A stretch of 64,000 nt of DNA from Antedon mediterranea (Eukaryota > Animalia > Echinodermata): contig NC_092675.1 in assembly GCF_964355755.1 (NCBI RefSeq), positions 243,812-307,811 on the forward strand, read 5' to 3'. Positions 26,340 through 39,200 of this stretch are shown here, one piece after another. A program made the position numbers and the translations under genes. How positions within the stretch are numbered: the first letter of the stretch is position 1; each line of letters starts with the position of its first letter. The notes beneath the pieces are model-generated. The model did no database searches, was not told the DNA's origin, and saw nothing but the letters and a program-made list of their open reading frames with translations.

Positions 26340-29300
26340 TGTAATGTAGTTGCCGCCCTCTAGGTAAGGAAAAGCGTGTGCAACATGGACGATGTGAATA
26401 AAGTATAATATAGAAGAGTGATAAAACATTACAATTTGGCGACGAGGATAAACGTGAATAAATGAGGATAGATAAATTAGATAAATGAGAATCGTAACTA
26501 TACCGTCTTATATAAGTTAAATATCGTTTGAATAACCACCATGGCTACGGCGAATAGTAATATGCCTAGCCTGCCTGCATTTGATGTGCACGCCGATCTC
26601 GCCAGCAGAGCGACGAGGTGGACCAAGTGGCTGAAGCGTTTTGAGCGAGCCATGGTAGGCTTTGGAATTACAAATGATGCCCGAAAGAGAGCACTGTTGT
26701 TATTCTATGGAGGGTTAGAGTTACAAGATGAATTTGACACCCTGCCAGATCAAGATACTGGTGGTGATGATGGTACTTACACATCCCCTTACACACAGGC
26801 CAAAGAAGCCTTGACAACACATTTAACCCCAAAAGGTAACATTGATTATGAAACGATAATTTTTCGGAGAATGAATCAGGAGCCTAGTGAGAAAATAGAC
26901 CAGTACTGTAGTAGACTGCGTCTACAGGCTGTTAAGTGTAATTTCAATGACATTACCAGAGAAATTAAAACACAGATAATTTCAGGATGCAAAGACAGCC
27001 GATTTAGAAGGCGTATCCTAGAAAAGGAAAGAACATTGACACAAATTCTTGATTTAGCACGGTCTGTTGAGTTGTCAGAAAAAAGGGCAACAGAGGTTGA
27101 AGGAAATTCATCCCAATCAGCTGTAAATGCGACAACAGAATCTGTGAATGCGATGAAGTTTACAAATCGTAGCCGTTCAAAGAAATATAATGGTACAAAG
27201 AATCAAAGTCAATATAATAAATCCACTTACAAACAAAAGTCAAAACCAGCAGGAAAATCATCAACATGTAGAAAATGCGGTTTGGCATACCCACATGAGG
27301 CTGAGTGTCCAGCAAAAGGTAAAATTTGTAATTCATGTGGTAAACAAGATCATTATGCACGAGTTTGTTTCACGAAAGGCAAACAACAAGTTAGCAGAGT
27401 GGAAGAACAGGTGTGCAGTAGTGGTGCAACAGGAGATACAGATTATGCAACAGATCCAGAATATGCTTTTGTTCTCCCAGGACCATCAAAAAAGTTACCA
27501 ACATGTGATATGATAGTCCACTGTAATAACAAGGTACAGATGCGAGCACTTGTAGACACAGGAGCGTCAGTGAACGTGATGGATAGTGTTTCATTTGATA
27601 AGATAGTACCCAAGCCAACAATTGACAAACACAAAACAGAAATCTTTGCATATGGAAAAGCAAATCCACTGAAAGTAGTAGGAATTGTTAAACTCAAAAT
27701 ATCCATTGAATCCACACAGAAGTGTATAGAGACTGAGTTTTATATAGTACATGGTAATACAGGAAATTTGTTATCATGGAAAACATCTCAAGAACTAGAG
27801 CTTGTCAAACTAGCGTGTGGAATTGGTAAGAGTGAAGATAGTGTTCCTCAATGTATCAATGACTACTCAGAACTTTTTAGAGGTATTGGTAAAATCAAAG
27901 ATGTAGAGATCAAGTTACACATCGACACAACAGTACCAACAAAGGAACAAAAACACAGGAGAATACCATTTCATGTTCGTGCTGATGTTGATCGAGAGCT
28001 GAAGCGATTATTAGAACTTGACATCATAGAGAAAATTGAAGGACCAACACCGTGGGTCAGTCCAATCGTTGTAGTACCGAAGAAAAATGGAGTTCGTTTA
28101 TGCGTTGATATGCGTGAAGCGAACCAAGCTATCAAGAGAGAAAAACACCCAATACCAACGTTAGATGAAATTGTATCTGATTTGAATGGTGCATCAGTGT
28201 TTAGCACATTAGATTTGTCATCGGGATATCATCAATTTTCACTCCATCCTGAAAGCAGATATATTACAACGTTTAGCACACACGTCGGTTTGTTTCGTTA
28301 CAAACGGTTGATGTTTGGCGTGAATTCTGCCCCTGAATTATTTGCAGCTGCAGTAAGAAATTTATTGAGCGGGTTAAATGGATGCAGAAACATATCTGAT
28401 GACATAATTATTTTTGGAAGGACAAAACAAGAACATGACATAAACCTTAAAGCAGTTCTTGAAAGATTGAAGCAATGTGGAGCAACTTTAAATAAAGAGA
28501 AATGTTGTTTTGCTCAACCAAAGGTTAAGTTTTACGGACATACATTCAGTAGTGACGGATTAGCTGCTGATACACAGAAGATAGAAAGTCTCAAGAATGC
28601 TCCACGACCACAGTCGGCAAGTGAAGTAAAGTCCTTGTTAGGTATGGCTCAGTACTTGTCACGGTTCATCTACAATTACGCTTCGATTACAACACCATTG
28701 CGAGAGCTTACTCATCAAAATAGCCAATGGAAATGGACAGGTGTTGAAGAACAATCATTTAAAGATCTAAAGAAAGCTTTAATTAGTTCTGATGTAATAA
28801 CTTACTTTGACATTAACAAGAGAACAAATATTCTAGTAGATGCAAGCCCTGTAGGCCTGTCAGCTATTATGTGCCAAGATGGTAAAGTGATAGGATATGG
28901 AAGCAGAGCATTATCCGATGTTGAAACGAGATACTCACAAACCGAGAGGGAAATGCTAGCTGTTGTATACGGTGCTGAACATTTTCATTTGTACGTATAT
29001 GGTGCAAAGTTCAAGATAACAACGGATCACAAGCCATTACTAGGAATCTTCAAAAGTCAAAAACAGATGTCCGCAAGGATTGAGAGATGGCGATTGCGAC
29101 TAATGCCATATGATTGTGAAGTGATCTATAGACCAGGTATTGACAACCCTGCAGATTACTTGAGCAGACATCCTACTTCAACAGATACACAGACAGAAGT
29201 TAGTCAAGATGTTAATATGATAGGAAGTTATGTAAACTATGTTGTACAGAACAGTGTTCCAAAGGCAATGACCAAACAAGAAATTGAAATAGAGAGTGAT

Positions 29301-31051
29301 CGTGATGAAACATTCAAGAAGTTGAGGAAAGCTGTTGAAAGTGGAAAGGATAAAGATTGGAAACATCCTTTGTTGGAACCATTTAAAAATGTGAAAGATG
29401 AAATAGCAGTAGTAGATAAAATCATATTACGAAGACATCAGATAGTTTTACCAGAGACATTGAGAGGAAAAGCTGTAGAATTGGCTCATGTAGGACACCA
29501 AGGGATCGTAAAGACTAAAGCATTGATACGTGAAAAAGTGTGGTTCCCTGGAATAGATAAAATGGTAGAACGACAGGTTAGAAAATGCCTAGCATGTCAA
29601 GCGACTGTATCTACGAATGCAGAGAAACCAGAACCATTGAAGATGACAGAATTACCAACATTACCATGGACTGAAGTGGCAGTTGATTTTAAAGGACCAA
29701 TGCCAAATGGAAAATATTTGCTTGTTGTATATGATATGTATAGCAGATTTCCAGAAGTCGAGATAGTTCAGTCGACATCAGCGAAAGCAACTATTCCGAA
29801 ATTAGATGCGATATTCGCAAGACATGGCATACCTAATATACTGTAGTATTGTCAGATAATGGACCTCCATTTAACAGTCATGAGTTCGAGCAATTTGCAA
29901 CATACCAAGGGTTTAAACATCGAAGAACGACTCCATTATGGCCGAGAGCAAATGGGGAAGTTGAAAGATTCAATCGGACATTAACCAAAGTTCTTCAAAC
30001 TGCAAGTGTTGAGGGAAGAAATCCGCATCAAGCGTTATATGAATTCCTCAGGCAGTATCGAGCAACCCCACATTCAACCACAGGGAAAAGTCCAGCTGAA
30101 CTATTATATGGAAGAAAAATAAAAATATGTTTTCCATCACTGACTAAAGTAGACGAGAAGAATGATGTAGAAGTTGCAAACAAAGATAAAGAACAGAAGA
30201 AGAAAATGAAAGATAGCGGAGATATGTATTTGCATACAAAAGAAAGCGATTTGAAAGTTGGAGACAAAGTGCTTGTAAAGCAACAAAAGAAGAATATGTT
30301 AACAACCCCGTTTGACCCAGATCCGTATATTGTAAGTTGGAGAAAAGGAAATGCTATAATTGCAGATAGGAATGGTATAAAAATTAGAAGGAACATTTCT
30401 CATTTCAAGAAAATAAACATTTTTAATGATTATGAGTCAGACGTCGATGATGATGTAGTAGAAAGACCCCAAGATGTAAATGATCAACAAGAACCAAGAC
30501 GACCGCAAAGGAATCGACGAATGCCCGCAAGATATAATGATTTTGTGTTGGACCAATAAGTTCGAAAATAATGGAAACAAAGGATATGGACATTGTTGAG
30601 TTGATTCACATTTTGATGAACATTTAAATTTGATTTTGAGCAAAGTTATTGATTTCGAATTATTGGATAAGAACATTGATTATATTTGTGACAAGAGACA
30701 TTGATAAACAGTAAAAGACAATTTGAACATTTCTGAGAATTTAATTAGTAAACAATAATATATCTTGATAATTGACACTATGCAAGTGATGGAGAATTAC
30801 TTATAAAAAAAATATATACACTAATATGAAGCATAACAATCAGAGTATTAATAATTAAATAAGCTAGTCAATATGATAAAAGTTAATAGTTAAAATGTTA
30901 GTTAATATTCAGTGTTGTATTTGATAGTTGTAGAACTTATCTAAAGTAAGGAGGGAATGTAATGTAGTTGCCGCCCTCTAGGTAAGGAAAAGCGTGTGCA
31001 ACATGGACGATGTGAATAAAGTATAATATAGAAGAGTGATAAAACATTACA
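26340..31051 (+). mobile_element. Full-length Gypsy (Mag-like) LTR retrotransposon
   Basis: Identical 94-bp TG...CA LTRs at 26340-26433 and 30958-31051; 5-bp TSD gctag; PBS tggcgacgaggat at 26437 (complementary to tRNA-Ser(GCU) 3' end); polypurine tract aaggagggaa. Confidence 0.97.
26541..30559 (+). CDS. gag-pol polyprotein (zinc knuckles, protease, RT, RNase H, integrase), frameshifted at ~29841
   Basis: CRKCG..H...C and CNSCGKQDHYARVC knuckles, LVDTGA, ISDDII, VDAS..G, H-x-GH...C-x-x-C, VDFKGP; second piece 29849-30559 (SDNGPPF...NGEVER) is in another frame. Confidence 0.93.
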
Positions 31052-31786
31052 GCTAGGCTTCCTATACTAACTAACAAAGCTGCACCATAGAAACTACATT
31101 TCTTACTTACCAATCTGCTAGGGCCTAGCCATAGTCTTTTCTTCAAGTAGGAGTTGTTTTTGTTGTTGTTAAACTACAGAACTTTCCCACCGTCGTCTCG
31201 CCATATCACGTCGTATTTTTTTTCTGATGACCTAGAGGTCACATACACGCACAAGAATCATACAATATGCATAATTCATAAGCTAATTCAGGTCAAGGGT
31301 TAAATTAAACCGGAAGCCAGCTGGCTGCCAGCCAACCGACTTCCGGTTGACTATTTTTTACTTTAAATTACGATTTTCTAAGGTAAATAATTTTTTTTTT
31401 GATCCAAATTTTTTTCAAAGTGAATAACTTTTATGTATCATTAAAATGGCCTTTAAAAAAAAAAAAATTTTTGTTCAGGGGGACAATACATCTTTAACAT
31501 ATCTTTATTGATATGTATAATATGAACATAGCAAGTAGACTAACAAGTAGGCCTACAGTAGACAGACAGAGTTATAAACATTATCAGTAAGATTTAAAGA
31601 TATATGGATAATAATAGTGCACAAATTAGATTATATAGACAGTACCAGTCCATCATTTCTTGTACAAATAGGTTTCGCAACAGCTTCTATCCAACTGCTA
31701 TTAGGGCACCAAACAAACAAGTGTGACTTTGTTTTGTCGAGAGAATGTTATGTATTTGTGTCTCACAGAAACACAATCTCTATGTA

Positions 31787-32185
31787 AAAGGTAAATGTAA
31801 AGGTATTTATATTTGTCCTCAAGGAAATTCGGATTAGGCCCTCCACGGACCCACGGCAGCCAGCAGTGCAGCGCCTACCATATCAGCACACCGGGAGACG
31901 ATCCCCTAGTCTTTTCGAATAGTGTACCAAGTTCTTTAACGTGCACTGTTAAGTACACGGGACCAACGGCTTTACATCCCATCCGAAGGATGAGGCAATG
32001 AGAGTATTAAAGCATCTTGCGTAAGGATGCAATTAGTATGGTACAGATAACCTCGAAACCATGCCTATCACATGCTAGTCCGATATTACCATTACACCAT
32101 CACTCTCCAGTATATACAGCACCCGTTGCGATTTCTAGACGGTCTCCCATCCAGAACGCAACCGGGCCCAACGTTGCTTAACTTA
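31787..32185 (-). mobile_element. SINE with 5S-rRNA-derived plus tRNA-like head and Deu/Nin-type core
   Basis: Minus strand: aagttaagcaacgttgggcccggtt..ctggatgggagaccg..cgggtgctgta (5S-like), then tggtgtaatggt (A-box-like), then ccttcggatgggatgtaaagccg..ggtcccgtg..gtgcacgttaaagaac..cactattcgaaaagactaggg, then simple-repeat tail. Confidence 0.75.
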
Positions 32186-32725
32186 ATGTATATTGTATTA
32201 TATGCAAATGACATTAATAAATGGAAATAATGTTTCAATGAATGAATTATGCAAAATGACAGTTGGGAAGCAAAATTGTATCTATCTATGTAAAAAAGTT
32301 TGATAAAAATGGTTTAGACAATGTGACTTCACAATAATCAATCATAGCAGATAAGTAGACAATACAATGATGATACAATTTAAAAGCATATCCTAATATA
32401 AAATTGATAAATTATGTTTGTATCTTTAAATAGAGTAAAGTCATGAAATATTAAAATGTCATGACTGGTAACAATTCTCTAGATTTAAACTTGTGACTTC
32501 ACAATAAGCACCAATCAAGACCACAGAATACCAGCTGAGTAGTTCAATAATTGATGGATTATACAGCGTGAAGAAGTTCAATCAACATATCCACTAACAT
32601 CATCATTAACTTGTTGAAGTCATACTTCTTCTGCAATTCAATGTTAAAAAAAATAATGATAAAAAAATGGTTAAATAAACATGAGTTGTGTATGAATGTA
32701 TACATTATGTAAAAAGTTAAAAAAA

Positions 32726-32895
32726 AAAGTTATTGTCCCCCAAAACATAAAAAATGAAGATTAAAATCAGACTTTGAATAGGTTATTTTGTAGTGTTAAT
32801 AAAGTTATTTTCGTAATTTTTTCAGCTAAATCAATATTTTTTTATCCAAGTTTTGGTCAAGGTGGATAATTAATATGTGGCATTAAAATGGCATA
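32726..32895. mobile_element. Short deletion derivative of the Kolobok-like element at 24025
   Basis: tattgtcccccaaaacat..aaaatgaagat..aataaagttatt matches the left end at 24030-24110; cattaaaatggc matches the right end. Confidence 0.65.
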
Positions 32896-33225
32896 TACTA
32901 CAAACAAAAACAAAAAAAAATTTAATAAAGCAGCCAGTCTGTCCAACTATTTCTCTTGTTGATGATCCTGTTTAGGGTACCTGTATGCAATTATTGGTGT
33001 CAAAATAAAAAAATAACGTAACAGGCACACTGCATCATAAAAATGTTATATTGTATTACACATTGACATGAGTTTAGAAGAACCTGTTTATTCCTGATTG
33101 GCATTTAGTGAAGGGTTTATTTCTCATTGCTGATGTTGAATGTGTGATATAAATAGATTAACTTTTTAATGACTACATGACAAATGCTTCATACCTATTT
33201 GAATAATCTAATATTCACCTCATGA

Positions 33226-36200
33226 TTACTGTTTCAAATCAGTATATGTTGGCTCCATTGATGAGTATGTGTGTAGATCTTGATATCCAGATTCTGGCCT
33301 AGGTAGTGGTGCTGTAACACTGCCAGGTGTTGGCAGGTTTATCTCATATTCTGTAGCAGCTGGTTTCATTGCAACATCATCATACGTAGGCATGTTCATC
33401 GCTGTGGTATCATCCTTTCTCTTGTTCTTCTGAGAATAATAGAACCTAAGATAATGCATTAGTGCTAGGTCATTTTAAGTATTGTTTAAACAAATCTTCA
33501 ATATTAATGATTGTCCTTTATTTTCATTGCAGATTTGTTGGTACTTTTGAAAGGAGGTATTTTCAAGCAAAGTGCACATACACTCTACTATGAAGTATTA
33601 GTAAAATATTAAGCATCCCGCATAATTTAAATTTAATATTTTGAAGTATTATTAAATGTGTATACATGTATATTTCTTTTTAAGTACAAATAGCACAAGA
33701 AATAACACAGAATACAAGATTTTGATTAGAACGGAGAATTTAAATGAATTATATAATTTATTGAAATACACAGTTAAATTAAATAAAAGTAAATATTAGA
33801 TTTTACCTATCGAATTAAATAAGCTGTAAAAAAAGAAGAAATAACTTAAATATTTAGATATCAGATTTCATGTGCTGCTTCTAGTAGATCATAACAGGAT
33901 TTAGTAAACAGTTTTGAAACCAGAGAAAAAATTGTCTACAGTATAAGCAAATTATACAACCATTTTAAAAGGAACTTCCTGTGCATTTGTATTGTAGAAT
34001 CCAGCTAAACTTTCTAAAAGTTTGTAAAATAAACAAGTATTTGCTACTGAAAGTTTTATAAATGCATTTAGGCCAAGAGAGGCTCAAATCACCGCATATT
34101 TTAAAGCAGAAAAGTAATGAAGTTGAGCATAATTTCTAAAGAAAATCTACCATTAAAATATGATTTAAAACATACAATTCTACATAATAAAACTACTGCT
34201 ACATTATGAAGCTTCTAAATTGAATTGAGAAAGAAATAATCAATCAACCAATAGTTCAATAGAAATAATTTAGAATGTGAGAGCCTGGAAAACAAATAGA
34301 AACAACACCTGCAATAAAAGATCAAAACTGGAAACATCACCAAAATGATGACAACAAGAACAATTATTACTGCTATCAGGTAACCTGGTACTGTGTTACT
34401 TGATGTGTCTTCACTGCCTTCAAAAGTAACATACTTTAACTGTTCAAATGCATGTTACGGGAAAAACGTTATTCTTTTACTTTCTGATCAGCCCAGTACA
34501 ACATTACCACGCCATTAGTAAAGCAAACCGGTCTTAAATGTTTGAACAGGCACATCACAGGGTCAAGGGGTGCAAAGATAATATTTTTGTCAGTTAGCTT
34601 AACGAAATATATATAGTCTTCAGGACCTCATTCTCAGGTTTTGGAAAATTGCACTTCGAAAAGGTAGTAACAGTAAAAATTGCTGTCGGACTACGGCTAT
34701 ATTCCTACACTTTATCAGTGGTTTACATTATTTTATTCACTGATCTCTTCTGGGAATTCCCCTATTAAAAGCACAAGGGTGTAAACAGTTTCAAAGGAGA
34801 TGCAATGAATAGTAGGTAATGCTTAGACTGATGAACCCAGCAGAGTTTAACTAACCTACAAACATGTGTTTTAAGCAGTAAAAACAATTACACTGTATTC
34901 CTTGTAGTGATCTAATTCATTGTGAAAATGGTTTAGTTCAGTATAGATGTTTTCAAAATTGAACATTTTTTTTCATTAAACAATAATAAGCAGTTGGGTG
35001 GGACAACAGTATACAATTCTTAAATACATGGCTGGGGTACTAATTTGAACAGCTTTAAAGAGGCTGAGCTTTAAGCACTAACATTGTATATTGCATATTA
35101 TAGTATATAGAGAGTGATTCATTGGTTGGGGAGACATGGTAACAAGACTAGTCTGAGTACTAGGACAACTAATTCTAGATAATCAAAATAAGATACTGTA
35201 CTATATTTTTATAATAATTATACTCATCAAAAATATTTTTAATTTTACTTAAATACCCCATAAATTCAAATAAAGAATCGTCATCTTTTTCATACGGCAT
35301 ATAAATATTAATCATCAAGGTACTTTCCCTATCGTCCCTACTATATTAAATCGCAAATGTTTTATTAGTGGTATATTATATATAAAACATGAAACAAATA
35401 TTTCAATACTGAGTAGATAAAAGAATAAAAGATAAAATAAAATGTTAAAATGTAATTTTACATACAAAACACAAATTGGATTTGTCTCATTTTGTGACAA
35501 GAATCGCCAGTTTTTTTTACCCTGATATTACTATGTGAATTCGAGAAGCATCTGTGGGCACGACCTAGATGGTACGCAAACGAACCATCTAGTTATAAAA
35601 ATTCATTACTGAATGACTACAACGATCACAGGATAAATGTCTGAAAGTAAAAATAATGTAATTTATACCTCCATAAACCAGTACTTCACACAAAGTGATC
35701 TCGTTACTGTTCTGTTGATATAAAGCGACATAATCTCCAATCAAGGGTGGATTGCAGTATACAATGTAAACACCTGGAGTAGATGTTGTTGAAGTTATGG
35801 ATCCACATATGCCATTAGGATCAAAGGACAAACTTCCACTACTAACATAGACCTCAATACCAACAACATTTTCTGAAACACAATAACACATAAAGGTGTT
35901 GCTAATCAGTCATTTGCGACATACTTTCAAAGTACTACATGGGTTAGGCTTTTGTATACCATGTACCGTAGAAGAGACAGTTTGAATTTCTGTTGAGAGA
36001 AATTTTTTTCAATCTCAGATTTTCATATCTTTACCATTTTATAAATTATTTATTCGGTGAGAGATGTACAGTAAGCTTGTTTTCGAGTCAAAGTTGTATT
36101 TTAAAATCGTTAAAGTTGAAAATAAATATCAGAAATGATGATCAAGCCGGCCTGTAAATATTTACCAAAAGATCTTTGGAAATCGTTTCAAATTGGTTTA

Positions 36201-39200
36201 GCACTTCTGACTTTAAGTGTTGCTGGGACAAACCACGCACGGTCACTTACAGGACATGTTTTCAAGAAGGATCAGTGCTTACATATTTTGTTCACAAACT
36301 ACACAATAACCATTTGATTGATCAGTTTTAACAATCGATCAACTGCAATCATTCAATTGTTTTAAATTTCTTGTGGTGATTATACTGTACCCTGTCAATT
36401 GTTAACATTTCAGTGATTCTAACTTTCAACATAATGCTTTATTACCCCTCTTCCTATAAAATCGTTCAATCTGATGTACTCAACGCAATTCAATGCAACT
36501 CAACGTTGACTGGAAAATACGTTTTGGCTTCTTTCATTAAAAGACCAAAAAAAAAAGTTTCTAATCTAGAACATGGAAAAATACAAATCAATTGAAAAAC
36601 AAAGAGTACAGTAAAGCAGTGATAGCAACATCTAATATAATCAACCTATTTTAATTTAACTGTGGAACACTGTAACAAATAGCTACATAACTATACCTTC
36701 ATATTGAGTTACTGAATATACTAAAATATAGTCAATGCTGTACATATCTCCTAAATTAACATACCAATACGGGGTTGTGTTTTCAGAAACTGAAAAATAT
36801 TAAAAATAAATAATATTTAGTCAATTGTGTGTCACAAATAACTTATTATTTCTTTATTATACTCTGTATAGACCATCAATATTAGTATACTGTTTTTAGT
36901 GGTACAGTTTACATAAAAGTAAACAAAATTACCAAAATTGCAAATAAATAATAACAAATATATATATAAATTTACAAAATTACAGATAAAAATAAATAAA
37001 AATCTAAAAAGTATTTCTAGGTAAATAAAAAATTAAGAGCATAAAATAAACAAAAAATTAATGATAAATAGTAGGATCTCAAGTATAAAAAACTATTATA
37101 TCTCAAACTTTTGTTGAAATGTTAATTTTAAATAAGCAATTTGTTTAGTCACCAATTTGGTTCATTACTTACCAAATGTACGTGAACAAGAACCAGCTAA
37201 GAAGTCCATATTATTGTTACCATCAACAGCTAAACCAGCATTATAGGATGTATCACCAGAGACGTAAGTTGTAGTCTGAAAAGCAGGCTTGCCAAATGAC
37301 AAAACTGTGGTAAAGAAGATATGTGTTAGACACTGCAATAAACATTACTTTATACATCAGGTCATTCGTTGTCTGAAATGTATGTTCTATGGTATAAATG
37401 ATAAAAATTACATTGTACAGTACTGTACCCTAATTTCTTTGCGTTGTTTTTGTTAGAATCAACTTTATTTTCAAATATAGGATTTAAATATTTACAATAA
37501 ATGTAGTTTTATTTGTGTCTTCAAAATAGACCAAAAATATAGGGAAAATGTCTAAACATTTTCTAACTGAGAATATAATATTAAGGCATTCAAAGATATT
37601 GTATTGTTGTACACAAAAAGCTTAACAATTAGTACTGATTATTGATTAGTTGCATCTAATTAATAATTTAATATTTTAAACAACAGGCTGAATTTGTAAT
37701 ATTTTAACAAATAAAACGGCTATATAATGGCTATTTTATTATGGCATTTTTTTAATGATATATATTATAAGACTGGACCTACCGCCCGGACCAATTGTTT
37801 CCAAGCCGGACTGTAGGTCATCGTCTATTATATAGGGGGGTTAACCATTATGACTAAAAATAATTTCCACAATTATTGATTACATTTTTTAACCAAAGAA
37901 ATTAAAATGACATAAACTAGTATTATATGAACATTTCCAGACTTTGTAATAATTACCATCTATTCATTAAACAGGTCACAGAAAAATAAACATAACCATT
38001 AACCGAGTGATAAATGGTAGATCCCAGCTCGCTGGCATTCAAACATAGGTATCTTAATTTGGCAATTGTGAATATAAAACACAACATATAGAACTAAATA
38101 ACACCTATTAATAATTGTTCCTTATATATCAAACATTAGAATGATATAAACATTAAAATGCTACTTACAATTATGTAATGAAAAATTAACCCCAAACTTA
38201 GCTACAATCCAAGTGAAGGCTTGATAACACAGGCAACCCCTATTTGAATTTTGCTGCGTTTTTTAGGATTTTTTAGATTTTTTCAAAATAGATTTTGCTA
38301 TTTTGACACAGTTTATTTTAAGCCATTGCTCATAAGAAAAGTATGAAAGGAATCTATGAATATTCAGAATGATTGATGAAATACTGTACAAGTGATCTTA
38401 AATTGAAAATAAAATACTGTGGGGCTTTAGAAAAAAGGTAAAAAATTGACCTCACATTGACAGTGGGCAATGGATGGTGAGTTATAAAACGTAAAATGAC
38501 ACATACTTTTTGTAATATTACAATTTCAAACATATATCATAATGTTCAGTATTGTCTACAGTTTATTTTGAGCTACTATCCAAAAGAATCCGATTTATAA
38601 TAGCCGAGATATTTAGGTGGGAACATGAAAATCAAGTGTTTTGTAGAATATCACGATGCGAAATCAGTGGTATTTATGTGTTGAGGCAATTTAGCTATTT
38701 CGTTGCTCAAGAGATTCATGAATATGTTTTTTTCAATAAAAAACATACAATAAGATATCACAATAACAATGTTAGCATATATTATTATAAAAAACCCTGT
38801 CGTAGATATAGTAGCCTATGACTCGTATTTAAAGTATTACATTTTTATAAACTATACTGTAAAATTTGACATTTGTCCCAAAAAAGACTTGATTGAATTT
38901 TTTAAAGCCCCCTTCCCTACGTTTTTTAGATCTAATTTAAGATCACAAACTATATTTAATGTAAAAATAATACTATATGGTCCTATTGCGATAACTTTTT
39001 TCGTCTTTAAACGGTTAAAAATGTGAAAAATAAGTCGATTCTAATAATTATAGCGGCCCGCTACAAATCCCAAAATGCATTTCGCGCGGATTGATATTTT
39101 TGTTTTTCTCCTGTAATTCGCTTTTCGCCCACTTTTCGATCGATCGTGAGGCCAAAGCAAATGGAAGACTGCTAACTTTTCCGCGAAAATACCGGGTTTT

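Larger units (their letters stand above)
24025..31493. mobile_element. Kolobok-like DNA transposon (decayed) hosting a Gypsy element
   Basis: TIR agttgtattgtccccc / gggggacaatacatct with further subterminal similarity; TTAA at 24021-24024 and 31494-31497; RR...YY termini; absent at the paralogous site ~56345. Confidence 0.8.

Noticed and set aside
26199-26429. Hydrophobic 76-aa minus-strand ORF resembling a membrane protein
   Set aside because: Spans the LTR and a low-complexity TAG/CTA tract; no splice or homology support
29844-29851. Programmed stop read-through in Gypsy pol
   Set aside because: Downstream ORF is in a different frame, the break is inside the integrase core, and a 5-bp insertion explains it
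32110-32185. 5S rRNA gene
   Set aside because: Partial, diverged, and fused to SINE body; treated as SINE head
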